From: Octopus vulgaris
Lineage: Eukaryota
DNA: 64,000 bases
Reading direction: 5' to 3'
Assembly: GCA_951406725.2 (NCBI GenBank)
Contig: OX597836.1
Location: 48,112,001 to 48,176,000 of the forward strand
The translations under genes were made by a program, and so were the position numbers. The notes below the pieces were generated by a model, which saw only the letters and a program-made list of their open reading frames with translations, was not told the DNA's origin and did not search any database. The stretch's first letter is position 1. Each line of letters starts with the position of its first letter. Positions 23,801-37,071 of the stretch are shown here, in pieces.

Positions 23801-26800
23801 TTATTGATATAACAGAAAATACTTTGATTATAGTAAAACCTGTTTGAGTTTTAGTAAACATTTTGAAAAAAATGAAAATGCCATCTGCAAGCATTTTGAC
23901 CAGTGTGCTAACGATTCTGCCAGCTTACCATCTTCAGGGGAAAAAAAATATTGATAACGAGGTGTTTTAGTTTATTTAATTATTTGTATATTCTCAGAAT
24001 ATTGACAACAATTAATGAAGAGGAGGAGGAAAAGGTTGTTCCCTGGTGTTGTGGTTTGTAACTGTTTCAGTCATGATTGACGATATCTAATTGACCTGAT
24101 TTATATATTTTGTTTTGTTATGTTTTTGTTTTTTTTTCTTATTTACATGAAATCTTGAGCCAGTGAGTTCTTGCTACTTCTTTTATCTTAAGTGGGGGTT
24201 TTAAGGCCTATATAAACCGTGTGAATGGCACTGATATTACTATTCATGGTGTGTGTGTGTGAAAAGTGTTTACATTTAGGAAATTCACCCATTTCTTGAA
24301 TTTATTCATTTATTATAAAGCAAATTACTAAAGACATACAAACTCCCCTCTCCTCCCCCACCACCACACCAACTTTATTCAGTTTCTCCCAGTAAATGTA
24401 ATATTAATATCATTTATTTCAAAATTGGTTTGGATGTTATTTAATTATTTCTTTCCTTCTTCCCCTTTTTTTTCCCCCCAGGGTATTACTCAAATGTTAA
24501 TAAGTGATTTCTTCATCCATAGTATTAAACAAGCTGATCCACGTTTTCGTCATGACACCATCCCAACTCATTTCTTTTTGTATCCACGGAACGCCCAACG
24601 CCACACTGTTATTCAAGTTGTTATGTTTCACATTCGGCTTGGTAGTTACTTCTGGCATGGAGCAATTAGTCCGCTTTCTCGACTCAACAGTGTTCTGCCA
24701 TCGAAAGCTCATGGGGACATCGTTTATGGCGTTCATGCTGGAGCATATGAAAAGTGAGTCACAGTTTCCTTATCAACATCATTTCAACGTAATGAAAACA
24801 AACAACTTTGTACAAATAGTTGAATGCTTGAATAAATTTGTTTCAATATTATGTTATTTCCAATCCTATCAGGGCTAAATAATGCCATTCTTATCTGCTA
24901 CTTCCATAAAATAAATACCAGTGATATATTTGGGCTGACAGAATCAACTGTACTCTGTCCTTGTAAACAGTTGACTTATGCAGTATAACATTGTTATCAA
25001 ATAATTTGTCCTGTGCACAAAATGTCTGCAAATTCTCATGGAATCAGCTTGAACATTTCTTGGTTTGTTTCAGGTTTGAATTGGATGAAGCCCAGGTTGA
25101 CAATATGACTGTCTACGTTCCTCAGCCTCCTGAACAATTCTTAAAACAAATTCCTCATTCAAAATTTATTGAATGCAATAGCACACGTGCCAGGAAATTT
25201 GTGGCTATGTATGGATTAGACAACTCAGAAGCCAGCCAAAAGTTCCAGAGGAAAGCTCGTCAGGTGTTAGCTAAAACCAAACATCTTTTGGACAGTTTGG
25301 AAATCAGATTTTGGCTCAGTAGTGGAACATGTTTGGGTAAACCATTATTTTAGCATTTTCATCAAACTATTCTCATTACCAAAATGTTTTACCCTTTAAA
25401 ATAACAAAATTCAGAATTGGTAGAATTCTGGCAAATGAAAAGTTGACTAATAACCACTTTGACTAACTTCAAACATTATTCTCTCGGTTGTGGATGAAGA
25501 CTATTCATAATCTCTTATTATAAAAGGCAGATTTTATCTGCCTCCCTTTGGGAGTTATACAAATCTACAATATAGGATTTCTTCAATTACAATTTACCTA
25601 CCATTTTTGAGAGTACAATGCATCGCGTCATGCCAGGTCCAGTTTTTAAAATTTAAACTCCAATTAAGCAAAATTTACAGAAAACTCACATTCTGGTGTG
25701 TGTGTCAAATGCTTTTCTTAGTCTGGTTTACAGCACACGCAAATGCACACACACAGTGGGCAACGAATAAAATGAAAGTAATTGACTTACTGTAGTGAGT
25801 GATTCTTTCACTCTGCCTCCCACTTCCTCTTTCAACACATAGACACGCAAATATATAAATAAAATTGTAAGCTAACGTGCGTGTGTGTGAGTGGGTGTGT
25901 GTGGGTGTGCGCGTGTGTGTGTGTGAGGGTGCGTGTGTGTGTGTGTGTGTGCGTGTGCGTGAGTGTGTGACAGGAAAGTTTTTTACGACGAATATAACAC
26001 CTATATCCAAGTAGCAGAAAGATAAGACAGTAAGGTGTGATTTGAGGGAGATTTGGCTGCTATTTCTACCATGTCTAGCTGCCATGTAGGGGTCTCCCTC
26101 ATAGGCTCATACATACATATATACATAGATAAGACAGTAAGGTGTGATTTGGGGGAAATTTGGCTGCTATTTCTACCAGGTCTAGCTGCCATGTAGGGGT
26201 CTCCCTCATAGGCTCATACATACATATATACATAGATAAGACAGTAAGGTGTGATTTGGGGATAATTTGGCTGCTATTTCTACCAGGTCTAGCTGCCATG
26301 TAGGGGTCTCCCTCATAGGCTCATATATATATACATACATAAGACAATGGCTATTATACTTTACATCTCTAAAAATGCTTATATAATTATTTCCCTTACA
26401 AACCCGAGCAACGCCGGGCGATACTGCTAGTCATATTTAAAGTAGTTATAATAAATAATTATATTAACACAATAATCATTACAATTCATTATGACATCTT
26501 CACATTTCTGCACATTATTTGATATTATGTTATTACGTACTTTATTATTGAGAAGAACCAAAATAATAATTCATTGAGATGTGAGTCTTCATTTGCTGTG
26601 TTAACTTTATTCTGTTGGTTACCTAACTGCAGTTAAATGAAAGACTGTTAAGAGTTGGTACATGTAGCACAAGTTAATCCCAAAACCCAGTCTTCTGTGA
26701 TGCTTCCTCGTTAATAAAACATTACATCATTATTGATCTAATTTTGTTTATTATAAAAGCATTCAATCTTAACATTATGAACCGACTGAACAGACACCAG

Positions 26801-29438
26801 TTTTCACTCGACTACCATCTTATTTCATTTCTTTGCTTTCCTGCCTGCTGTCTTACATGTGAGGGAGTTGTTGGTTGTCTTCTCTCTTGCCATAGAAACT
26901 CAACATTTTTGAGCCTAGAGTAAAGAGTGGTAGTTGTTCCTTTCCAATGTCTAACGTTGTGTTATCATGAGAACTAAATATTATCTGTCAAATCAAAGTT
27001 TTGACTGCTTTGGTTTGCTGCTGTAAATTATGAATGGTTTCCTCTCTTAACATTAAACTGGGAATGGTTTGACATATTTCAGTTAATTAATGAAACTAAG
27101 AAATTTGTTCAATCCGAATACGTAAAACATGTCATGTTTTTTTAAGTCCAAAAGTTGTCTGTGGTTGCTGGTTGATTGTCAAAGTGTTGTTTACGATTTG
27201 ACTTGGGAGTCCAAACCATATCGCAGCCGATCTCACTTTGATTAATTGACTAGTAATTAAAATCATTTCCACAATTCACACAAATATTGAAATATGCTGA
27301 ATCCATACTTTTGTGTAAAAATAAATGTTAAATCTCATTAAAAGCTCATAAATTGTCAGGATTCGGATGTTTGTTTTCATCACTGATCTTCCTTTACCAT
27401 TTAAACAATGCTTGGTTTCTTGAACTTTATTTCACTTGTCTTTCTTTCAGGTTGGTTCCGACAATGTGGTATAATTCCTCATAGTAAAGATGTAGACATT
27501 GGCATTTGGATAAAGGATTACAATCCACAGTTGATTCCAACATTCCAAGAAAATGGTTTTGTTCTCAAACTCATGTTTGGTAAAGTAAGTATGAACAAAC
27601 TTCTATTCATGCTACCAAAATATTATGGAAATGCTATTTATTTTTAATAATATTGACTAATCAATGGGTTTTCTTTATTTTTAGGTATCTGATAGCTTTG
27701 AGTTGTCATTTGCTACAGGGGACATCAAATTAGACATATTTTTCTTTTATGACACCCCAAAATATATGTGGAATGGTGGTACACAGGCCAAGACAGGAAA
27801 GAAACTTAAGTAAGTTTTATTTCATTGTTTTAAAAGTCAATGTAACTTGACAAAATAAAATCGTTAATTATTTGACCTACAGTTCTATATTTAAGAGATG
27901 AGGAATTATTTACATTATTTACATTTGACGGATATTTGTCCTCATCTTGTTTGTTGTTAACACAACGTTTTGGCTGATATACCCTCCAGCCTTCATCAGG
28001 TGTCTTGGGGAAATTTCGAACCTGGGTTCTCATTCCTAAGGTATTTTATTGTTGTTGGCGGCGGCGGCGGCAGAATCATCATCATCGTTCAGGTCACCGG
28101 CGTTCAGGCTACTAACCCCAAGATTCTGAGTTTGATTCCAGGCAGTGACCTGAATAATAATAACAATAACAACAACAACAACGAAAATACATTAGGAATG
28201 AGAACCCAGGTTCGAAATTTCCCCAAGACACCTGATGAAGGCTGGAGGGTATATCAGCCAAAATGTGTTTACAGCAAGCAAGATGAGGACAAATATCCGT
28301 CAAATGTAAATAATGTATTTAACCTACCATTCATTCATGCAAGAAACTATATTTTTTATGCTTGAAGTATGTTTAGTGTTGCTGTAATCTAGTTTTGTGG
28401 TTAAGTGCTTAGTGTTATCTTTGTCTGTTTACATTTTTAGTTGTGTGTGTTTTGGGGTAATATTCATAACCGTTACAGACTTTCAAACTGATTAAGTTAA
28501 TGGAAATTGATGAGGAAACTTGATGTTTCTGAAGAGAAAACATGTTCATGAATGGCTTTCTAGAAGTTCTTAGTAGCATGGTAACGAATTAAGTGTAACA
28601 ATGTGTGCGTTTGCATCCTGTAACTTTGGGCTCTCAAAGAGGGTGGAACTTCAGCTTCTAAAGGGAGATTCCAGATGGGAACTAGTTATAAAAAGTGTAA
28701 TCTAGTTTTACCATAATCAAGTCTATGACTAAATGAAAAAAATTATCAACAGCATTCAAACATTATGATACACTGACAAAAACCTTGGAAGTGGATTTGG
28801 TAAAAGGGAAACTGGAAGAAGCCTGTAATTGTGTGTGTGTTTCTGTTTCCTTGTCTTGACATAGCATGGTAGTCGTAAACAAGCATCACTGTCATAAGAG
28901 TGATGTCATTTATTCCCAATCTTTCATGAAAACATGTCCAACCATGGAGAAATATTTCCTTGCTTGGAAACAGGTGAAGGCTGGCAACAGGAAGAGCATC
29001 CTTCAACCAATTCTGTCTGACCCATGCATGGAAAGGTGGACATTAAAATGAACGATGATGAATGATAATGTTGATTTTGTTTACTCTTTTACTTGTTTCA
29101 GTCATTTGATTGCGGCCATGCTGGAGCACTGCCTTAATCAGAAACATTTCTTATTCTAATTAACTACACCACTTAATTCCAATGCATTGCTTTGTATGTA
29201 ATGAAACTTTGCTCTGTCTTATAGGTACATATTTTCTAGATTTACTCTCTGCTGGAGTGAGTTTTTAGACCTGTGGATTCGAGTTCCCTGTGACACACTA
29301 TCTTATATTACAGCGAATTATGGTAAAGACTGGTTCAAACCAGTTAAAGAATGGGATTGGAAAAAAAGCCCTTCGAATGTTCATGACAACGGAGTCTGGC
29401 CTGTTGAAGAATGGGACACTGTAATTCAAAGATTTTGA
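20730..29438 (+). CDS. FKTN: Fukutin (ribitol-5-phosphate transferase, LicD family), complete spliced CDS of about 434 aa
   Basis: Exons 20730-20822, 21580-21597, 22975-23160, 24482-24753, 25074-25336, 27451-27584, 27685-27809, 29225-29438 sum to 1305 nt in frame. N-terminal TM anchor (FLLFQF), [34 protein letters not shown] (DxD), [32 protein letters not shown] at 29555-29560. Confidence 0.95.
20997..21332 (+). mobile_element. Second tRNA-derived SINE family
   Basis: GAAGGCGCATGGCTCAGTGGTTAGAGCG...CGAATCCC head; related copy on - strand ending about 40187. Confidence 0.7.
21580..21597 (+). CDS. FKTN: Putative FKTN 18-nt microexon (DDTRNS)
   Basis: ttggtag|GATGATACCCGGAATTCG|gtaaat, phase 0-0. 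Confidence 0.55.
22975..23160 (+). CDS. FKTN: FKTN exon
   Basis: [21 protein letters not shown]...KYWDSQ, phase 0-0. Confidence 0.9.
24482..24753 (+). CDS. FKTN: FKTN exon
   Basis: GITQML...DPRF...IPTHFF...[10 protein letters not shown]...YFWHG...GAYEK, phase 0-2. Confidence 0.92.
25074..25336 (+). CDS. FKTN: FKTN exon
   Basis: [10 protein letters not shown]...SKFIEC...[10 protein letters not shown], phase 2-1. Confidence 0.95.
25511..26430 (+). mobile_element. Non-autonomous Helitron in an FKTN intron
   Basis: 5' A|TC at 25510/25511 (inferred), 3' GC-rich hairpin CCCGAGCAACGCCGGG then CTAG|T at 26427-26431. Confidence 0.7.
26020..26346. repeat. Tandem repeat, 3 x 107 bp
   Basis: GATAAGACAGTAAGGTGTGATTTG starts at 26021, 26128 and 26235. 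Confidence 0.92.
27451..27584 (+). CDS. FKTN: FKTN exon with DxD motif
   Basis: [19 protein letters not shown]...FGK, phase 1-0. Confidence 0.95.
27685..27809 (+). CDS. FKTN: FKTN exon
   Basis: VSDSFELSF...KLDIFFFY...[14 protein letters not shown], phase 0-2. Confidence 0.95.
27911..28317. mobile_element. Inverted pair of Penelope-like termini with decayed hammerhead motifs
   Basis: About 140-bp arms; CACCTGATGAAGGCTGGAGGGTATATCAGCCAAAA (GAAA changed to AAAA) in both arms. Confidence 0.75.
29225..29438 (+). CDS. FKTN: FKTN last coding exon
   Basis: [13 protein letters not shown]...RVPCDT...[19 protein letters not shown]...WDTVIQRF*. Confidence 0.95.
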
Positions 29439-30059
29439 AGAATCTTTATTGAATATTTATTATTCAAATAGATTTTAATTCATTTATTCAAGATGAACTG
29501 TTTTGTTTTTTTTTCTTTTTATTGAAAAAGTATTTAAACTTTAAAAAAAAAAGAAATAAAGATTTCTTTACATAGTCTTGACTTTTCTTAATATGCCTAC
29601 TGAGTGTATGGTTGGGTGTGCTTGTGTATTGCAGCAGCTGCTGTTGGAATAACTCACATTCATGCGGTGATACTCACTACATAACACACAAACAGACAAA
29701 AAACTAGAGACGTCTACAGTTTTCAGTTGTTTTGTCATTAGCTTTTTTCAAATAATCCTTGGAAAAAAAGATTATTATTCAACCGTTTTGTTACCATATT
29801 TCTGTTGAAATGTAATGCTTTTGTTTCATTAATTTTGAGAATAGGGAAGAATTTAGTGAAATAAATTTGTCATTATTAAACTGCGGATTGGAAGTTAAAA
29901 TGTCAGGAAATTTTGAATGCAAGTTTTAATTTGTGGCTGTGTGGTTAAGAAGCTTGCTTCCCGACCAATTGGTTTCAGGTTCAGTCTCACTGCACAGCAC
30001 ATTGTCTTCTATTATAACTGTAGGCTAACCAAAGTCCGTTTCATATAGACGTACATACA

Positions 30060-31109
30060 TCTTTCACTTTCTTCCGGTGTTCTCTCCGCTTTCTCTTCTT
30101 TCAATTTCTGCTCTCTTGAAATAAAGTTTTATGGAATGAGTGGGAGAAACACAGAAAAGATGTAATCTCTCCAGAAACAGGAGGACTGTAGAAAACCGAA
30201 GGCAAGAGCCTGAAGAGAGATGAGATTTTCTCAAGATCAGTAAATGCATGTTGCAGCACTTAATGCTGGATCATTTAATCAATGTTTTAATGATTAGACA
30301 GCGGTCCAATAGAATAGCTCTCAGAAACAGACTATGTACAAATTCATTCTTCACAACTCCTGAAGCTGTTTTCAGATATGATCCATCCCATTCTTATAAA
30401 AATGATAACTTTGTCCAAATCGGTGTGCTAACCACAAATTGTCGTTTCTGTAGAGCTTTAAAATTTTCGAATGAAATAAACGGTATGTGCTGCTCAGGCG
30501 GTAAGGTAAGATTGCCAGCACTACCAGCCCCTCTTCGACTTCTTATGGACCTCCTTGGAAGGCACTTCCATCCAGTCAAAGGATTTTCTGAACAATATCA
30601 GACAATACAACTCTGCATTTCAAATGACATCGTTTGGTGCATCTTATGAGATAGTTAAATATGAATTTACGCCGACGTCGAAGTTCAAGGGCAAGTCTAT
30701 CACCTCATTGGTTCCCTATTACCCACAAATGAACAGCCACAGTTCCTCCAAATTTACTTTATGAGTGATGTAGGACAACAAACCTGAAGGAGGTGTCAAA
30801 ATTTCAGACAATGGGTCGTGTTAGACACAGCACCGAACGCTGCAAAAGAGAGTGTATCCACTGACAGCTTTTCAGTGTGTTCAAAAATCACATAACTCCC
30901 CAACTCCCATTTTCCGTGACAGGTTAGGGCCTGAAATACTCCAAACAAACGCATAACATGTCGCTTAGTCAAATTAGCCCATCATTTACTCCACAAATGT
31001 TTTGTTGTCAAAACTGCTCTTTCCTGTATCACCTGTTTCAACATAACTGTAATATATTATATACAAATTATGCCATTTTAATCCTGAGCAATGCCGGGTA
31101 TCTCTGCTA

Positions 31110-31110
<1 letters not shown>
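30060..31110 (+). mobile_element. Helitron remnant with frameshifted Rep/helicase N-terminal coding sequence
   Basis: CRFCRALKF..E..GMCCSGGKVRLP, FLNNIRQYNSAFQMTSFGA, VQGQVYHLIGSLLP, QPQFLQIYF; 3' hairpin plus CTAG|T at 31107-31111; 5' end approximate. Confidence 0.85.
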
Positions 31111-31188
<78 letters not shown>

Positions 31189-31206
31189 CATACACACACA
31201 CACATA

Positions 31207-31608
31207 CAGGGCCAGATTAAGACCCATAGATGCACTTAGCACCTAAAAGGTTTTGCTGCCCTCAAGTATATGTAAATGGTAATAAAAGAAAATTAATTTT
31301 TATTTTTCAAAATGAAACAAAATTCACAGTAAGATGGAAAATAATGTTTATTTTTGTATGCTTCCATTTTATTTATATTTGAAAAGTTCTCTCCTTGGTT
31401 TTTTTTTTCTTTTTTAATTGCAAAGTCTTTGATGATATCGTTAAAATTAATTTTATGTAAAAACTTCTGCTTTTATACTTAGAAGTGATAAGGCATTATA
31501 AACATTATTTTAGCAAGTTTAAAGGGATTTTCATTTCTGTGGTGCCCCTTCCTTCCTTTGATGCCCTAAGCACGTGCTTATTTTGCTTAATGGGTTAATC
31601 CAGCACTG
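31207..31608 (-). mobile_element. hAT non-autonomous element
   Basis: TIRs CAGGGCCAGATTAA / TTAATCCAGCACTG; internal - strand remnant ALSLLSI...INFNDIIKDFAIKK of the hAT C-terminus. Confidence 0.7.
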
Positions 31609-31642
31609 TACATATGCAAATATATATAAATATATACATATA

Positions 31643-32498
31643 CAGGGTGTGGTGAATAAACTGTAGTATAAATTACGCAAAAATGGAAATAACACTGACA
31701 TCTTATTTTAACTGATATATTTACCAAAATTACATAAATATATCTTGAAATACTAAAGAGTAAATTTATTCAATAAAATCTCCATTGGCTTCAATCACGG
31801 CCTCCAGACAACTTCGGAATCTCCTGCAAATCTTCTGGACAATCTCGTTTAAGTTGGTGAATGCTGCCATAATCCTTGCCTTCAGTTCATCTTTGGTGTT
31901 ACAAGGAGTTTTATTGGTCTCTTGCTCAACTGCACCCCACACATAATAATCAGGAGGGTTGCAGTCTGAGGAGTTAGGTGGCCAGATATTAGGGGTGACA
32001 TGATTGCAGAAGTTGTCTGACAACCATGACTGGGTTCTCCTGTTTCTGTGGCAAAGTGCAGAGTCTTGTTGCCAGACATAAGGTCTTCCAGTAGCCACCC
32101 TCTTGACCCAGGGCAGCACTACCTTCTCCATGTACTTGATGTAGGCCTTCGTGTTGAGTCTGAGATCATGTGGGAAGATGAATGGTGGCATAACGTCACC
32201 ATCACTAGTGATCACTCCAAGCACCATGATATTGACTGGATGTTTGATTTTTATGTCCTCAAATTGACACCCAAACACTCTAAAATGCTCGTATTGGAGC
32301 TTCCGGCATGATTGTCAAGCAGTACAGCAGGTCATTTCCTAATTTCTGGCAGAGTGAATTGCTTCATGGTGCCATTTATCTCAAAGACAGTGCCCAACTG
32401 ACCCTACTATACTGTGTAGTTGACAAAATCAAAAACAAACAATGCGCATGCACAAAATTTAGAATATAAAATGGCAACAATTTTCCCACTGCACCCAG
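31643..32498 (-). mobile_element. Tc1/mariner element, DD37D (maT-type), internally deleted
   Basis: ORF 31766-32278: WQQDSALCH...WPPNSSDCNPPDYYVW with 37 residues between the second and third D; TA-CAGGGTG terminus. Confidence 0.85.
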
Positions 32499-32599
32499 GA
32501 TGTATATGCAAGTGTGTTTGTATGTATATGTGTGTGCATTAGCCCTTGTCCTGCTCCAAGCATCTTAATCATAAACAACAGAGACCATCGTACGGTGCC

Positions 32600-32880
32600 A
32601 TTTGTTTGAAAAATTCCATGTAAACATGTCTGGTCAAAAAGCCGTTTGTTTTTTGATTCGAGCATCTTCACAATCTCTTTAGATCTGCCTTTCATTGTGT
32701 TGATGCTGATGATGGCAACTCTTAAAGTTTTTGATCTGAGAACAAGAAGAAGAAGATGGGAATTTCCAACGACATCTTGGTCGGGTGGCTGATGTAGGAT
32801 GTCTGCATCTGAATCAAGGAAAGTGTATTTCGGTCGATTGTCATCAGAACATGCTTGGGGAGATGTCCCACCTGCCATTG
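32600..32880 (-). mobile_element. RTE LINE 5' fragment (AP-endonuclease start)
   Basis: TLRVAIISINTMKGRSKEIVKMLE resembles RTE endonuclease LRVGTLNVGTMTG.SRE...M.E. Confidence 0.6.
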
Positions 32881-33275
32881 GTTCGTTGATTAATTATGCT
32901 AATTATACTCCCATTCATCAAGATCTCCATTGCTGCAGTTGTGAGAATAGATAACACACAAGTATGAATGGTGTTTAGTGTATTAGTGGCAGTCATTGAG
33001 TGTGACAGCTGTTAGTAAGATAAAGAAAGAGGAAACGAGGAGAGCGGGAGAGAAGAGGATTTGGGGAAGTCAGTGTTGGTGGGTGCAACAGGGCACAGCC
33101 AAGCACACAGTGTAAGATAAGGTTAGCAGGTGCCTATACACATGTAGCATATATATACACACACACACAACCACACATACACACACACACACACATAGAG
33201 AGTGAAAGAAAGTGTAAGATAAGTTTAGTAGGAGCTTATACAAATGTACCATGCATACACACATATATATGTACG

Positions 33276-33306
<31 letters not shown>

Positions 33307-33554
33307 ATACACCAACAAAATTTTATATAGAGTTACCCAAGGTTTTGCACCCACAAAGCAAAGCCTTGTGGACAGCTTGTCAGATTCCACATGAATACAA
33401 AATTTTAAAATATCTACATTGCAGATATATAACACACACATATATACACGCAGATATATACACACAGATATATATATATAATAGTTATCGCCATACTAAT
33501 ATGAGACTTAGTAATTTTAATATTTCTATTATATATATATATATATATACATAC

Positions 33555-33765
33555 AGGTGACCGCGTGTGTACCGTTGGCGATTTTTTTTCCTCCATCTTC
33601 CCCTCTCTGGATCTTTCCTCCTCCTATGTTTCCGACGAAGAGCTCTGCTCGAAACATAAAACCCTCCTTCTTCCCTTCCTTCCTGAGCGTCCAATAATAC
33701 TATATTTGTTCCACGTCCTCGTGTTGTGTTTTCTCTTGGTGTTTTCATGTTTGGATTAACTTTAT
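33555..33765 (+). mobile_element. Penelope-like terminal fragment with hammerhead-like motif at 33628-33662
   Basis: GTTT-CCGACGA-AGAGCTCTGCTC-GAAACATA-AAAC, flanked by (TA)n. Confidence 0.55.
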
Positions 33766-33825
33766 ACATATACAGATATATATATATAACACGTATTACA
33801 TGCACACACACAGACAGATATATAT

Positions 33826-34234
33826 ACTCTTTACTCTTTTACTTGTTTCAGTCATTTGACTGCGGCCATGCTGGAGCACCGCCTTTAATCGAGCAACTCG
33901 ACCCTGAGACTTATTCTTTTGTAAGCCCAGTACTTATTCTATCGGTCTCTTTTGTCGAACCGCTAAGTAACAGGGACATAAACAAACCAGCATCGGTTGT
34001 CAAGCAATGCGAGGGGGACAAACACAGACACACAAACACACACATGCATAGCTATGTATATACATATATACAACGGGCTTCTTTTCAGTTTCCGTCTACC
34101 AAATCCACTCACAAGGCTTTGGTCGGCCCAAAGCTATAGTAGAAGACACTTGCCCAAGGTGCCACGCAGTGGGACTGAACCCGGAACCATGTGGTTGGGA
34201 AGCAAGCTACTTACCACACAGCCACTCCTGTGCC
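33826..34234 (-). mobile_element. tRNA-derived SINE, full length
   Basis: Reverse complement of the 9544-9937 family. Confidence 0.85.
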
Positions 34235-34251
34235 TATATATATATATGTAT

Positions 34252-35232
34252 ATCATTTCCCATTCAAACTGCTCCAGCCTTTGGAATGTCATCCTCACTG
34301 AATGTGGCCAACCATTATCCAGATGGAAGAACACTTTTCGTCTTGAAACCAAAGACAATCGTTTTTCTTCAAGCACTGACTTAATCCGCTCAAGCTGCTT
34401 GCAGTAGATCTCCTTTGTTATCGTGAGGTTTGGGTTTAAAAGTTCAAAGTGGACTAAACCTTTCATATCCCACCAAACAGATAACAACACCTTACGTGGG
34501 TGAAGACCTTTAGCCTGGGGTGCCGGTGTTTCTCCTTTCCCTCCCCGCTGTCTTCGGTGCATGACATTTTTACAGAGAACCCATTTCTCGTCACCAGTCA
34601 CTATTCAGTCCAAAAAAGGGTCATTCATGGGATGTGACAGGAAAGAGGAACACACATTCACTCTCTGCATGCGATTAGACTCGGAAAGTTTGTGAGGAAC
34701 CCATTGACTCAATTTGCTGCCTTTTCCAATGGCACACAGGTGTCAGTGAATGGTTGACTGACCAAATCCAAGTTTCTCTGCTAGTTCCTCAACAGTTACA
34801 ATGGTATTTTATCCCACCAGGGTTTGCAGGACATCATCAAACTCTGCAGATCTTCCAGGACAAGGCTCATCTTCTAGGCTGTAGTTTCTGGCTCAGAATT
34901 TCTGGAACCACTGTTGACACTCGCTTATGCTTATTGTCCGATCCCCATATACTGCATTAATGTTCCTCACCCTTTCCATTCCATTGTTGAACTTTATTGA
35001 ACTCATAAAGCAAAATATGCTGAATATGCTCCTTTGTCACTTCTATTATAGATTTGAAAAAATAACTGTTAAAATCGAACTGCACTCTTCAAAACTTGTA
35101 CTATGAATAAGCACAAGGTAAAATTACTACCTGCTTTTATAGAAAGTTGATGCAGGTAGTTTATCCCATCCCCCTCTGACTTTTAGTACATACAATTGAA
35201 ATAAAATCGCATTATTTATGGGATGACATAAT
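34252..35232 (-). mobile_element. Mariner transposon remnant (3'-truncated, stops and frameshifts)
   Basis: EVTKEHIQHILLYEF start, WVPH, TGDEKW, HPRKVLLSVWWDMKG, HLDNGWPH. Confidence 0.88.
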
Positions 35233-35458
35233 ATTTTTCATTGACTAAAATTTCACATTTCAATGGAGAAATGAACAATTGATTGAAAACAGTATGAAAG
35301 TCATTAAGATAAGATGACTCAATGTATCGTTTGTTCACAGTCACACTTATCACTGGCCCTACTTTTGTGCTTTTACTATTTAAATAAAGCATATTACTCT
35401 ACCACTGGTATTTGAGTACTCTTTTCTCCACCTTGTTTCACATTTATGTGTTTACTCC

Positions 35459-35500
<42 letters not shown>

Positions 35501-35995
35501 TATGTATCTGTCTCATCTCCTATCTTTTCTCTTATCAAAGAATCTTCTTCCATCATTCACTACCTTAACCTTGTCTGAGCCTAACAGCTCATTTGGTTTG
35601 TTGTATGTCCTGTTTTTGGTACCAACTTTGACCCTCTGCAAATCCCAAATTTTATTTTGGTTTGTGGGAGCAACTGCCTTCTAGGTCTTATCTTGTCATT
35701 CATTGCTTGAAATAAGGAGTAGAAGGACAGCCGACAACTGATGAAGGGTCGTTTTTTATGTTACTTGTCATGTTTTCCATTTGTTTCTCTTGTTCTTTGC
35801 GTACCCAACTTTATTTTCGTGTTTCATGTTGTTTACGTTTTGTGATGTCCTCTACCCATATATCCATACGTATATACATACATATGTATGTGTGTGTATA
35901 TATGCATGTATATATGCATATATATATATATATTTTATATTATTATTTGATTGAATGCCACACATCCATCTCTAAGTAAATTTTATATTCATATA

Positions 35996-36380
35996 TCATC
36001 ATCATCATCATCATCATCGTTTAGCGTCCGCTTTCCATGCTAGCATGGGTTGGACAGTTCTACTGGGGCCTGTGAAGCCAGAAGGCTGCACCAGGCTCTG
36101 GTCTTATCTGGCAATGTTTCTACAGCTGGATGCCCTTCCTAACGCCAACCACTCCGTGAGTGTAGTGGGTGCTTTTTACGTGCCACCCGCACAGGTGCCA
36201 GACAGAGCTGGCAAACGGCCACGAACGGATGGTGCTTTTTATGCACAAGGGCCAGGCGAGGCTGGCAACGGACACGAAACAGGGCGGTGCTGGCAACGGT
36301 CGCAAAACGAAAGGTTCTCTTACATGCCACCGGCACTGGTAACACATCTGCAATTTCCATTGATCGATTTCGAATCTGAT
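35996..36380 (-). mobile_element. SINE-like repeat with (GAT)n tail
   Basis: Same family as 19505-19980. Confidence 0.78.
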
Positions 36381-36672
36381 ATATATATATAGTAATATAA
36401 TAAATAAACAAAATATATGCATATATACATACATATATATACATACTTACATCTACATGTATATATACATGCATACATATATATATATGAGTACAGGACA
36501 CCACAAATAAACGTAGAACACAACGAGAGACGAGAACATAAAATCAAACAAGGAAACGGACTTTTTTTAAATAACGAAAAAACAGAGTACAGGACAAACA
36601 ATACAAGGAAAATTCCCCTTCATCAGCTGTCCCTGGTTCGACTCAAAGTGTGTTTTGAAAGTATATATATAT

Positions 36673-36703
<31 letters not shown>

Positions 36704-37071
36704 GGTATGGTGATGCAAACAGGAAAAATAGAACTCAAAATGTGAGTATATGCATATTATCATGAATATTTATCAGACGCACAGGAGTGACTCAAGGGCC
36801 AAGAGTTTCATGCATCAGCACTTCCCAAACTAGTTACGGATGGAAGGGTCGTGGATGGATCTATACAGCTGGGGAGAAATTACATTTCCCTGGAATATTC
36901 TAGAATGAATTTTAAAGAACAATTACAATGTCACTTGAATATTTCATGTTTTTCAAATACTTTTTGCCTTTTATGTCATTCAGTAAGTTGTAACTAGTTT
37001 GATTAGTGCCAACACACAAAACCCTCGGTCCTTCGGTCACTCTGTTGCTTCTACTAAATATTTATATATAT

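Noticed and set aside
32459-32878. 139-aa - strand ORF as a possible host gene
   Set aside because: The recognisable part resembles an RTE endonuclease start; it then runs into other repeats.
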